From: Lepidodermella squamata
Taxonomy: Eukaryota; Animalia; Gastrotricha
Direction: 5' to 3'
DNA: 64,000 nucleotides
Assembly: GCA_047495785.1 (NCBI GenBank)
Contig: JBLDXI010000001.1
Coordinates: 1,240,001 to 1,304,000, forward strand
Positions within the stretch are counted from its first letter, which is position 1. The number at the start of each line of letters is the position of its first letter. The notes beneath the pieces are model-generated. The model saw nothing but the letters and a program-made list of their open reading frames with translations. It had not been told where the DNA came from and searched no databases. Made by a program: the position numbers and the translations under genes. This document shows positions 51,284-63,082 of the stretch, piece after piece.

Positions 51284-53569
51284 TCAGATCCGCGAGACTT
51301 CTGTGAGAGTGTAATCGAGTCCGGCGCTGCAAAACAGTGACAGAAAAGGAGAGTTGGTGGACTTGTTCCTCAGCCAATAAGTAGGCACACCCTCCTATCC
51401 GAAGGTAAGTGAAAATACTTGAGAAGGTATGGCAAAGATGAAATACTTACAGGCCACTCGTTTTTAGGCCGTTCCTGCAGTATAAACCCACCTAAACGAC
51501 TGAGCTCGCGATACGACGACAGGCTGACTTGAATTTTCTGCGGCTGCGATGTCTGCTCCATGCGATTTGCTAGCATTTTATACAATTTTACGAAAGTGTA
51601 GTTATAGTTGAAAATATACCATTTTGAACTGTATTTCCGAAAAGGCAGTAGCGGAAAGTCTTGAACCCAACAATACCCGCCATTACAGGGCCACTGTTGA
51701 TTCCAACTCTTATTCGAATCCGGTCTTTGCTGCGGGGAACTTTGATCAAGCCGACCTCTTCGATAAGAACCAGAGCTAATGAAGCAATTTCGCCAGCATG
51801 CGTTGTTGACCGATTCGGAACTCCACTTGCTACAACATATGCATCGCCGATGGTCTCCACCTTGTAACATTGGATGGAATTCGTTCGACTGTCGAAAATT
51901 GAGTAAATTGTGTTTAGCAGGCTCAGGACGTCCTGAGCTTTCATTTTCGCGCAGGTCGACGTGAATCCGACAATGTCAGAGTGGAAAATCGTGACGTTGT
52001 TGAAGTACTCGGGACGAACTTGAACGCCTCGGTTCAGCTGCTTGGCGATGGTTTTCGGCAAGAGTCGATAGATAGCTCGGCATGAATCCATGTAACGCTC
52101 AATGCAGAAGTCGTAACGGTCAAGAAGCCGTTTAGCCTCTCTGCCGGTATGAATCAGCCATATCGTGCTGAGCCAAGGCAGAAGAATGCCGATGATAGCT
52201 AATTTAATCCCCTCTTGAAATCAATTCACATGAAAGAAATCTCAAAATTGGAAAAGCAAAAAACCTGCTATTATTGAGTTCAAGGCGTCGGATACGGCAC
52301 CATAATATGAGCTCATCATAAAATCCATATATTCCGATAATATTCCTTGAAGGTCCGAACTGATAGCAGAAACAATACGGTTGACGTCGTCTGAAAAAAT
52401 CGAACAATCAGGTTTTCTTTATGAACATTTCCAGATATTAACATGCTGAGCCTTTAGTCACAACGACATAAGCTTTGGTAGCATTTGGTATTACAGATGC
52501 CTGATTTACAAGCTCTTTGATAGTCGCTGAAACCAGTGGCGTTCTCGCGCCGACATAGTTCGGCGTTATCGTGTAAGCTTTGTCAAGAAGCATTGTAGCG
52601 AGGGCCATCGATTCTTCCATTACGTTCGCGTCTTTAGGTCTTGAAAAAGCTGCCGATCGTTGTGTCACTTGAAAAATTTGATATTATAGAATATTACATA
52701 GCCGTATCGCGATGGCCTACCTAAAGATCTTGTCGCATAAGCATAAAGGATGCCTTGCTGAAAACTTAAAATGCCTCTTTGCGCGAGTAAATAAGCAAGA
52801 GCAGCTTGCCACAGCCCGTCCAACCCTGTCCCACCGGCGAGAATTTGAATTTCGGTGTCATGAACGACATTCATCAAGCATTCGAAGAACGCAATGTCAT
52901 CGAAAACTAAAAATATAGCACTCATAGCTATATAATACGCTTGTAGTCTGTCGATTTTGGCAAATTTACCATTCAGAGTTCTCTCATTGATTGCTCGATA
53001 CGATCGGGCTGACACAGCTTCGCTTCGAGATGCAATATTTGATTTAATTCTCGCAAGAGAACATTTGTATTCTCTGTACTCCGGAGCGGTGAAGATGATA
53101 TTGTTGAAAACATCGAAATATCCAGCGGTAATCTGTTGTCGGAAGATATTATAATTTAAATGAATAGTAGTTACATTCATTTCACCTGATCCCTCGCAGC
53201 AACCGCCTCGCCCATCGCAACGTAATCACTTGGATTGTAATTTCCAGTCATATACTTGACCCTCGCGAGCGATTCAGCACTGTTTCCGTTGATAAGCGCC
53301 GTTAAAGCTTCAAATTTTAAGAACACACTGCGAGCCTCTCGAAGTTTATCCAGATCGTCCACTGCTTTAGACAGAACGACAACGCTTCTGATGATTCCGC
53401 AAAGAATAACAACGCCGATTGAGCAGGCTGCGGCGATAAGCAAAGGCTTGGCGCGATTTGTTAGCTTTAGTGATGCGGCCTCAGTTTCGATCTCTTTAAA
53501 GGTGTCGCCAGATGCTAGAGAAATTCCCGATCGCTGGCTTCCACTTCGAACGCTGACATCTCGGTGCAT
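51284..53569 (-). CDS. 2-TM NIT-like-sensor guanylyl cyclase family protein GC-4 (8 exons)
   Basis: MHRDVSVRSG...; ends EGVPTYWL...EVSRI*. Confidence 0.88.
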
Positions 53570-54071
53570 GTTTTCCAACAATGAGATGCAAGTTATCAAC
53601 CTCAAGAAGTTATTTAATCACCTAGTAAGGCAGATAATTGGCATTGAATATGCATTCTCGGCTACCCGACAAGAGATGATTAAAGAACGAGAATTTCCTC
53701 ACCGTATTGTGACAGAATTATGGATATATGACAATAAGCTTTATACAAAATTATCAGTAGACTAATTATTAGTAGATACTATTTGGCAATTTGGAAAGAA
53801 ATCTGAATACCTATTGGAGATTGGGCGAGAGGCAATAAATAACAATTAAAAATTACTATTTGGGGTAAATTTACATGCAGTTGTTTTCGGACTTTAGTTT
53901 CTAGTTTTCATGTCACTATACAGCAAAGCTGCCCTGTATATTGGATGACTGATTTAAACCTCACCGTATTTTAGATTAATTCAGCAAATAATCGTGTTAT
54001 GCCGCGCTGCTGACGATGTCCCAATAATACTTTATCAACGTGCGATCATATCTCTTATACATAGTTGTCAA

Positions 54072-56431
54072 TCAAATCCGCGAAACTTCTGTGAGTGTAT
54101 AGTCGATCCCTGCGCTACAGAACAGTGACAAGAAAGGAGAGCTAGTGGACTTGTTCCTCAACCAATAGGTTGGAATACCGTCCTATCGAAAGTTTGCTTT
54201 GGAGAATTAATAAGATATAAACTGAACAATGACTTACGGGCCACTCGTTTTGAGGCCGTTCCTGCAGTATAAACCCACCTAAGCGATTGAGCTCGCGATA
54301 CGACGATAGGCTGACTTGAATTTTCTGTGGCTGCGAGGTCTGCTCCATGCGATTAGCTATTTTTTCAACTAATTTACGGAATTATAATTCAAGCTGGAAT
54401 GATACCGTATTGAACTGTGTTGCCGAAGAGGCAGTAGCGGAATGTTTTGAAGCCAACAATACCCGCCATTACAGGGCCGCTGTTAATGCCGACTCGAATG
54501 CGTATCTTATCCTTGCCCCGAGGCACCTTGATCATTCCAACCTCCTCAATCAAGACAAGAGCCAACGATGCGATTTCGATGGCATGAGCCGAAATGCGAT
54601 TAGGCACTCCACTTGCTACGACATACGCATCTCCTATCGTTTCCACCTTATAGCATTGGAAAGAATTAGTTCGATTGTCAAACGTCGAATAGATTTGGTT
54701 GAGCAGGCCCAGCACGTCTTGAGCTCTCAATTTCGAACAAATTGACGTGAACCCAACTATGTCCGAGTAGAAAACCGTGACGTTGTTGTAATACTCAGGG
54801 CGGACCTGAACGCCCCTATTTAGCTGCTTGGCGATGCTTTTCGGCAAAAGGCGATATATGGCTCTGCAAGAATCCATGTACCGTTCAACACAAAAATCGT
54901 AGCGACTGAGGAGTCGCTTGGCCTCCCCAGCAGTATGCAGAAGCCAAACAACGCAGAGCCATGGCAGCACAATTCCAAATATAGCCAATTTGATACCCTC
55001 TGAAACACCTTTTGAATCTTTTTGAAAGTAAAAGTTTGCTTACCTGTGATGACGGTGTTGTAGGCTGAAATGAGAAAGCCATCGTATGAATCCAACATTA
55101 ATTTCGAAAAATCGCGGCTAATTTTGTCCAGCTGACGACTTAATTGGGCACTGACTAGTGACTGCTCGTCTGAAGTGATGCATTATTGTTATCGATGTTT
55201 TAATTTCAAATGCAAATATTACAAGTTTGTCCCTGAACAACTAGAACGTATGCTTTAGTCGCATTAGTAGTCGCTGCTGCTTGATAGCTTAGTTCTCTGA
55301 TTGCTGCAACCGTTTTTTGAGCTTCAATGGCAATATTTCTTGGTAATAAAAGGCTGGCTCTCTCTAGCAATATTGCGGCCAGATTCAGAGAGTCTTCCAT
55401 TTGCAAGGCATCAATGCTCCTCTCGAAATTCCCCGCGTTGGTTCTCACTTAAAATCCGAAAAATTCATCCGTTTAGCATTTTTTTAAAGTTAACAAACCG
55501 AGATTGCGATAGGCGTAAGCATATAGAATAGCTTGTTGGTAATTGACGGAAGCTCTTTGAGCCAGAAGATAGGCGACAGATGCGCTCCAAATGGGGTCCA
55601 ATCCTGTCCCACTCGAGAGAATCTGAAGCTCCGTGTCGAGAATTACGAGAACGATACATTGGTAAAACTCGATGTCTTGAAACACTTTTAGAGAACAAAT
55701 TAAGACGGATTCCTTTAATCATAATAAATTCGAAGAAAATAACCCATTAAGATATAGCTAAAAGGATAAAACGGCTAGTGAAAGGGGGCTATATTCGTAT
55801 CCTTCCGTGTAGGTAGAATAAATAGTTACATACCTTTAAGTGTACGCTCCTCGTAAGCTCGGTAGGCTCGAATCGAGAGCGCTTCGGGCCGCGTTTGCAG
55901 ATTAGACTTGACGCGGACCAGTGAGCATTTATACGTTCGATATTCCGGAGCCGTGAAGTAAATTTTCGATAACACGTCGAAATGTTTATTGAATACCTGA
56001 AAACCAGCTTGTTTCGAACAGTTCACTGATTATAAAAAATTGAAACATACTACGTCGTTCAAAGTGACAGCCTCTCCGATAGCTACGTAATCGCTCGGGT
56101 TGTAGTTATTTGTCATATACCGGACCCTAGCAAACGATTCCAATATGGTGGCATCAGCTAGATCGGTAAGAGCCTTGAATGCGTCAAAATTGTCGTAGGC
56201 ATCTTGAAGACTCTCAATATCCTCCACAGATTTGGACAAAATTATGGCATTTCGCAGAATTCCGCAGATCATCACTACGGTTAGCGAACAGCCAAGTGCA
56301 ATCAGCAAAGGCTTCGATCTATTAGTCAGAACTAGTGTTTTTGCCTCCATTTCGACTTCTTTGAACGTATCGCCCGACGCCAACGACCTGCCGGATTGTT
56401 GGCTGGCACTTCTACTGACAGCGCGAGACAT
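54072..56431 (-). CDS. 2-TM NIT-like-sensor guanylyl cyclase family protein GC-5 (8 exons)
   Basis: MSRAVSRSAS...; class III cyclase motifs; ends EVSRI*. Confidence 0.88.
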
Positions 56432-57164
56432 TTTCAGAAAATGTTGTAGGTACAAGGTCTCCTGAAAATGGATGTGTAGTCAGACAGACTGATCTGGGAT
56501 TGAGTTAATTTATAGTCATTTTACAATAATCCTCCTTATTTGGAAAATTGAACTTTTAGCCTAATCACGTGAATCATATAAATGCGACTCGCATAGATTA
56601 TTTCAGTGCGAAAAAACAATGGAGAGCTCAAGAAAATTTGATAAATGTAGGCATGAGATTAACGTCGCCGTTCTTTCAACTATATCTGACGATCGAATGG
56701 ACATTGGACATGGTATCAAACTTTATGACTCATATTATGACTTAGACCTTCAGAGGGAGACGCGTTGTTGCGATGTGCTAATTCACTTGTGCATATTTTT
56801 GCTTTCGTCGATTTTCACTTCGGGTTAACTCTTGTCAAGTTGATGAATAGACACAATATCGAAAACAAACCATTCGTGGCAGACGTAATCTGCTGGCAAC
56901 TCTCACCAGCTGTGGCTCGACAACTGGGTCGATTTTTTTGTCTGGAAGGGGGATGCAATATCTTTTGAACCTTGAAAAGGTAGACATGTCGTGTGATTCA
57001 ACCGTGAGAACATTGAGATAAGGTCGTCCGTTGGTGCGATAACCAATTTCCGACATACAGCTGCTAGTTCGCAAGATGCAATTTACCGGTGTATAACAGA
57101 TAAAATGTCTGAGAAACTCGACCGATGGCCTCGTTTACTGATGACAAGATGCAGCTGTCGCGGC

Positions 57165-57171
57165 TATAAAA
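57165..57171 (+). promoter_or_regulatory. TATA box of the lipase gene
   Basis: TATAAAA ~60 nt upstream of ATG 57230, in GC-rich flanks. Confidence 0.5.
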
Positions 57172-57229
57172 GCAGCCTAATTTGAGGCCAATATTGTATA
57201 ATATCGAAGCTTACTGAAACCTTGAAATC

Positions 57230-58341
57230 ATGAGTTCATTTAGTCTTCTTTCTGCCGTTTTGCTGCTTGCAGCTGGTACTGCCCACGCAGGCAAGGTGTG
57301 CTACGAAAAAGTTGGATGTTTCAACAACAGCTCTCCCTTCAACCACTTGCCGCTACCTAAAGATCCGTACACACAGATTCCACCGATTTACTATTTGCAC
57401 CGAAATGGACAACCTCTCGTTACGATCACCGATGGGTAAATTCTAGTGAAATCTTCATGTATATGCAAATTATGTGTCTCTGTAACAGAAAATCATTGGC
57501 CAAGGATGTTTTCGTGCTTGTTCATGGCTTCACCGAGTCGTACAACGTTTCGTACCCAGCTTGGCAAAAGGATATGATTGAGCGTCTGTGGCAGGTCAAA
57601 CCTCTGGCCGATGTCATTGTCCTTAGCTGGGAAAAGGGCGCCGCGGCTATTCAGGGCCTTTCCGTCTACAACCAAGCTGCCTCGAACACTCGCACCATTG
57701 GCGCTGCTCTTGGCGTTTTATTCAACGAGGACGGCAAAGAGGATCACTCGACTTACCATTGCATCGGATTTTCTCTTGGCTCTCATGTTTGCGGCTTCGC
57801 TGGTAAAACAATGATCAATAAATTCGGCCGAATTTCCGCCTTGGACCCAGCTGCGCCTGGTTTCAGCACCCTGAAAAATCTGGAAGCCCGCGTTGCTGTT
57901 GGCGATGCTGATTTCGTCGATGTTATCCACACCTCCAAATTGGGTAAATTCCGATACTTATATCTTTGTCTATCCATTAAACAAGCTATCTATTGAACAG
58001 GTATCTATTTCCCGGTCGGAGACAGTGATTTCTGGATGAATAATATCAAGCAACAACCCGGCTGTTATGACAATATTTCAGGCTTCGGAGATCTAGTCAG
58101 CGCTGTCACATCTTGCAGCCACGTTCGGGCAACTCATTTTTACACTGAATCCATCAACCCTGCGCCTGGTTGTAGTTTCCTCTACTGCCCATGTGAGACG
58201 TGGTCATTGCTCGACAAAGGCCAATGCCTCACTTGCGACGCCCATCTAAGCGCGGAGCTGGGCTACAGATCTATCCTGTCATCGGCTCGAGGTGAATTTT
58301 ACGGAAAAACCACTAGCCAGGCACCCTATTGCTTGCAGTAA
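57230..58341 (+). CDS. Secreted pancreatic-lipase-family protein (catalytic domain only), 3 exons
   Basis: Exons 57230-57435, 57489-57943, 58001-58341; signal peptide; VCYEKVGCF; VHGF; nucleophile GFSLG; LDPAAP; DVIHT; QPGC...CSHVRA. Confidence 0.92.
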
Positions 58342-59356
58342 GTAACTGAATTGTTAAAAAAGGAAAGCTGAATTCATATGTATGACTTGAATGACTTAGG
58401 AGTAGGAAGAGCTTAGCCGAAATCTTGTCAAATAAATGCATATTAAAATCGACAACATTTAATATTGGACTTGAAAAGATCTTGCGACGGCTATCAGTTG
58501 ATTTTCTAATTGCTTAAATAGCAACAAGAATTGGTGAACACCACATTATTAACCCCGTCGGAATTTGGCCAAAATTCAGAGATTAGGTAACGTGAAAAAA
58601 CGTTTTATTGTTCATCCATTCTCTCACAGTAACCGCCTCACTTGATTCGTTGTCATTCGTAGTCATATGCTTGATACTCGCGACTCACGAGCGATTCAGC
58701 ATTCAGCAGCGTTTCCGTCAATCAGGGGTGCCAGAGCTTCGAATTTGTTGTCCTCGCGTCGTGAAGTCTCCTGGGTCTTCTGCAACTAACAACTTGATAG
58801 AGAACGATTTTGAAAGGGTCAATAACGCTGATCGAACAGTCAGAGCTCTGAGAATGGGGCTACAGTATCAATGTCTTGGATCGCTGATTATCACCATGGG
58901 AACGTTCATATCTCGGCGCTTAGCGACGATGATGTGATAAGCGATTTTAGGTCATCTCAAAATTATTAATTAGCACCTATTAATGTAAATGAGTAGCACA
59001 GATTTTCCAAAAACCGATCATCGGAGTGGCATGCCGGACATGCAGAACTAAAAATATGCATGGTGCATATTCAGACCAGGATTGTAAACAGATATTGCAT
59101 ATTATTATATAACGGTTGAAAGTTACCCAAAGTTCACCTCAGAAAGCATTAGAAGGGAGAGCAAGCACACATCATTTTAGGCATGATATAATTGTGCGAG
59201 CAACCCTGTGAGCTGGAGTGAATAACTATATGCCCGAACTTGCAGAACTGCAGATAAACTAGCGACAAGATTATTTGTTATGCCGCGCTGCCGGCGATGT
59301 CTCCCTAAATGCTTAATCTAGGAGCGATTGTATCTTCTCTTATCCCTCATTTTCGA

Positions 59357-62300
59357 TCACATCCGCGAGACTTCTGTGAGCGTATAATCAATCGTGGCGC
59401 TGCAGAATAGCGACAGGAAAGGAGAATTGGTGGACTTGTTTCTCAGCCAATAAGTTGGCATGCCATCCTATGGAAGGTTAGTCGAGAATATTGGGAAGGA
59501 ACGGCAATGATGAAAAGCTTACAGGCCACTCGTTTTTGGGCCGTTCCTGTAGTATAAATCCGCCCAGTCGATTGAGCTCGCGAAAGGACGACAGGCTGAC
59601 TTGAATTTTCTGTGGTTGCGAGGTCTGTTCCATGCGATTAGCTATCATTCAGTCACGTTATACGAAAATATACGAAAATGGCTATTAAATATTAAATCAG
59701 CAAAAATACCGTATTGAACAGTGTTGCCGAAGAGGCAGTAGCGGAATGTTTTGAAGCCAACGATACCCGCCATAACTGGGCCGCTGTTGATGCCGACTCG
59801 GATGCGTATCTTGTCCTTGCTCCGTGGCACCTTGATCATTCCAACCTCCTCAATCAAAACAAGAGCCAACGAAGCTATTTCGATAGCATGACCCGTAATG
59901 CGATTAGGCACTCCACTTGCTACGACATACGCATCTCCTATCGTCTCAACCTTATAGCACTGGAAAGCATTCGTTCGATTGTCAAACGTCGAGTAGATTT
60001 GGTTGAGGAGGCCAAGCACGTCTTGAGCTCTCAATTTCGAGCAGATTGACGTGAACCCAACTATGTCGGAGTAGAAAATCGTGACGTTGTTGTAGTACTC
60101 AGGGCGGACCTGAACGCCCCTATTAAGCTGCTTCGCGATGCTTTTCGGCAAAAGGCGATATATTGCTCTGCAAGAATCCATGTAACGCTCGACGCAAATA
60201 TCGTAGCGATCAAGGAGTCTTGTAGCTTCCTTAGTAGTATGCACGACCCAAACAATGCATAGCCATGGTAAGACTAGACCAAATATAGCCAGTTTGATTC
60301 CCTCTGAAATAAAATTTACGGGACAATTGAACATTCGTATCACGTATCAAGAATGTTGATGATGACAGAGCCTTTCAATTGTTTTTTCGCGCTTTGAACA
60401 ATGAAAAACGCTCATTCGAGAATTACAGGTAACGAAATCATACAAGTTGTTCAATCGGGTTACCTGTGACGACGGTGTTGTAGGCTGAGTTCAGGGCGTC
60501 ATCGAATGAGTCCAACATGACGCTTTTGTAATAGCGGGTAATTTTCTTCAACTGCTTTGTTATTTGAATACTAACAATGGACTGCTCGTCTGCGATGAAT
60601 AACTAGTTTTAAAAGGTGCTCATGCGTAAATGTCTTACATGTTTGTCCCCGAGATACAAGCAAAAAAGCTTTCGTGGCATTAGGGATCGCATCCGATTGA
60701 TCTATTAGCCCTTGTATTGCTGCAATTGCCTCGTCAGTTCCATCAGCAGAATTGCTTGGTAACAATAGACTTGATTTTTCCAGTAGCATAGCAGCCAAAT
60801 TCAGGGAATCTTCCATTTGCAAAGCGTCAGTTTTCCGCTCGAAATTCGCATTATTTGACCTCACTGTTATTGCAAAACAGGGTAAAACAGTGGCGAATGT
60901 TTGCTAAATGGGGGTAACTATATGGCCTTCAGCCGTCAGCCTACTATTCGAAGTATAGCTGTCCTATTCTAGCAAACCCATGCACATCTGATCCACCACA
61001 AAGCAACGAACTCCCTGATGCCCCAGATATTGCTCAATCGTCGCATTTACACGAGCTACTTCGTAATTATCGATGTTAATTACTTCGGTTGTTGCGTCAA
61101 CATTTTTACTTTAACTCAAACGAGCGCTGTTTTTATTTTTGTGAGAAATTTTTGCGGGCGCTGTTAACAACTCTCTGCAGGGCGGTTTAAAACTCAAATT
61201 TTGCGGTATAAAGTAATCGCAATTTCGCGATCACATCGTCGGCTGGCACGTAATCTAAACAATTCTCCTGCTGGTGAATAGAAATGATCGATTTCGTGAT
61301 TATAGAAATTCTTATATGTTGCCAAAATCCTTCTAAACTGAATTCTGCAACGAATCGCGTCACTGCGGCAGTTTCAAGCCACCCTATATTCTATATTGCA
61401 GTACGGAAAATACTTCAGCAAATTCAAAAATCTGAAAATGTCGATAGGCTCGAGGTATTTTTCATGACTCTCGAGCGATTCCGAGTATTAGAGTGTTGTA
61501 GTCCTAATAGCCCCAATTTTTAAAATTAATGGCCTAATGTTGATGTGAGACAATTAATCCTAAAATAAGACACTAACAACACAATTTCTTAAATTTTCAA
61601 CCGCAATTTAGACTTATCAAATTTCGATTTTGAATTTTATTTTTCAAAAGTTTTCTCACTCCTTTTTCTCGGAGAAAATTATCAAAATAGTTGAATAATT
61701 TTCACAGCAACCTAAAAGCAAGGTACTAGGCACCCATAGGCCTCAATCGAGCTAATTTTGAGGTTTTTCTCCAAGAGCCATACTCGCTCCGTAGCTAAAT
61801 CTTTCGAATTTGTGGATAAAACAAAGCATTCAGCCTTTAGTGAAAATGATTGCGCAACTGTGAAAGTAATTAACATTGATAATTATGGGTAGTCTAGTGT
61901 AAATGGGACGAATTATTATTCCATTGTGTTTGAGGTTGTAAGTTGAAAAAAATCCGCACGCTGATTGGTCAGTTGGCTCGTATCCATGACTCCGCCTTGC
62001 TACTTGATCGTGCGATCTATATAATTTGTGGCTTTTATTATGTTTATGAAGGCCGTATCGTAGCACGCGTTTCCAACAAATGCGTAAAACCATTCATAAA
62101 AAGATATTTTTTGCAAACATTTTATGGATCGCACGATCAAGTAGCAAGGCGGAGTCATGGATACGAGCCAACTGACCAATCAGCGTGCGGATTTTTTTCA
62201 ACTTACAACCTCAAACACAATGTCAGTATTTTTGATTACCGAGAGCGCGCGAGGCGTATGCTGTTAGCACTGCTTGTTGGTAATTGATCGCAGCCCTTTG

Positions 62301-63082
62301 AGCCAGCAGATAAGCAACTGTAGCACCCCAGATGCTGTCCAATCCTGTTGCGCTCGAAAGTATCTGAAGCTCAGTGTCCAGAATAACGAGAATGCTGCAT
62401 TTTAAAAACTCAATGTCGTCGAAAACTGTTGACGCAATATGGGAAATAGCTAATGTGAAATTCTAACGAAATGTATGATACCATTTAATGATCGCTCGTC
62501 AAAAGCTCGATAAGCGCGTAGGGATAGCGCTTCAGGTCGAGAAGCTAAATTCGACCGGATTCGTGCCACGGAACATATGTACGTTCGATACTCCGGGGCT
62601 GCGAAGTAAATTTTCGTCAGTACATCGTAATGTCTGTTGAATACCTAGAAGGAGTTATTGAAGAATCCATCATCATCAACAATATTATAGTGATAACTCA
62701 CGACATCATTCATCTTGACAGCCTCTCCCAGAGAAACGTAATCACTAGGGTTGTAGTTATTAGTCATATACCTGACCCTGGCAAACGATTCTGAAATAGC
62801 CGTATCAGCCAAATCTGTCAATGCCTCGAATGCATCAAAATCGTCATTTGTATCTTGAAGAGTTTGAATCTCTTGGGCTGCGTTGGACAAAATTATGGAA
62901 CTGCGCAAAATCCCGCAGATAATGACTACGGTTAGCGAGCACGCGAGTGCAATTAGAAACGGCTTGGCTTTGTTAGTCAGAACTAGCGACTTTGCCTCCA
63001 TCTCCACTTCCTTGAATGTATCGCCGGATGCCAAAGACAAGCCGGATTGTTGGCTGCCACTTCGACTTACAGCTCGAGACAT
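59357..63082 (-). CDS. 2-TM NIT-like-sensor guanylyl cyclase family protein GC-6 (8 exons, intron 3 ~1.37 kb)
   Basis: MSRAVSRSGS...; all exons homologous to GC-5 present with GT-AG borders; ends EVSRM*. Confidence 0.85.
61922..62222. mobile_element. 301-bp MITE/foldback element with 96-bp perfect inverted arms
   Basis: 61922-62017 is the exact reverse complement of 62127-62222; TC on both outer sides; lies in intron 3 of GC-6. Confidence 0.85.

Noticed and set aside
53997-54074. Possible TGA read-through or selenocysteine extension after the GC-5 stop (24 open codons ending IVSSAA*)
   Set aside because: In GC-4 and GC-6 the same motif is out of frame with intervening stops, and GC-2/3 end in TAA; treated as a non-coding motif.
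42460-60049. Repeated + strand ORFs (e.g. 42460-43125, 46152-46730, 54347-54745, 59714-60049) similar to one another
   Set aside because: They are antisense shadows of the conserved cyclase exons.
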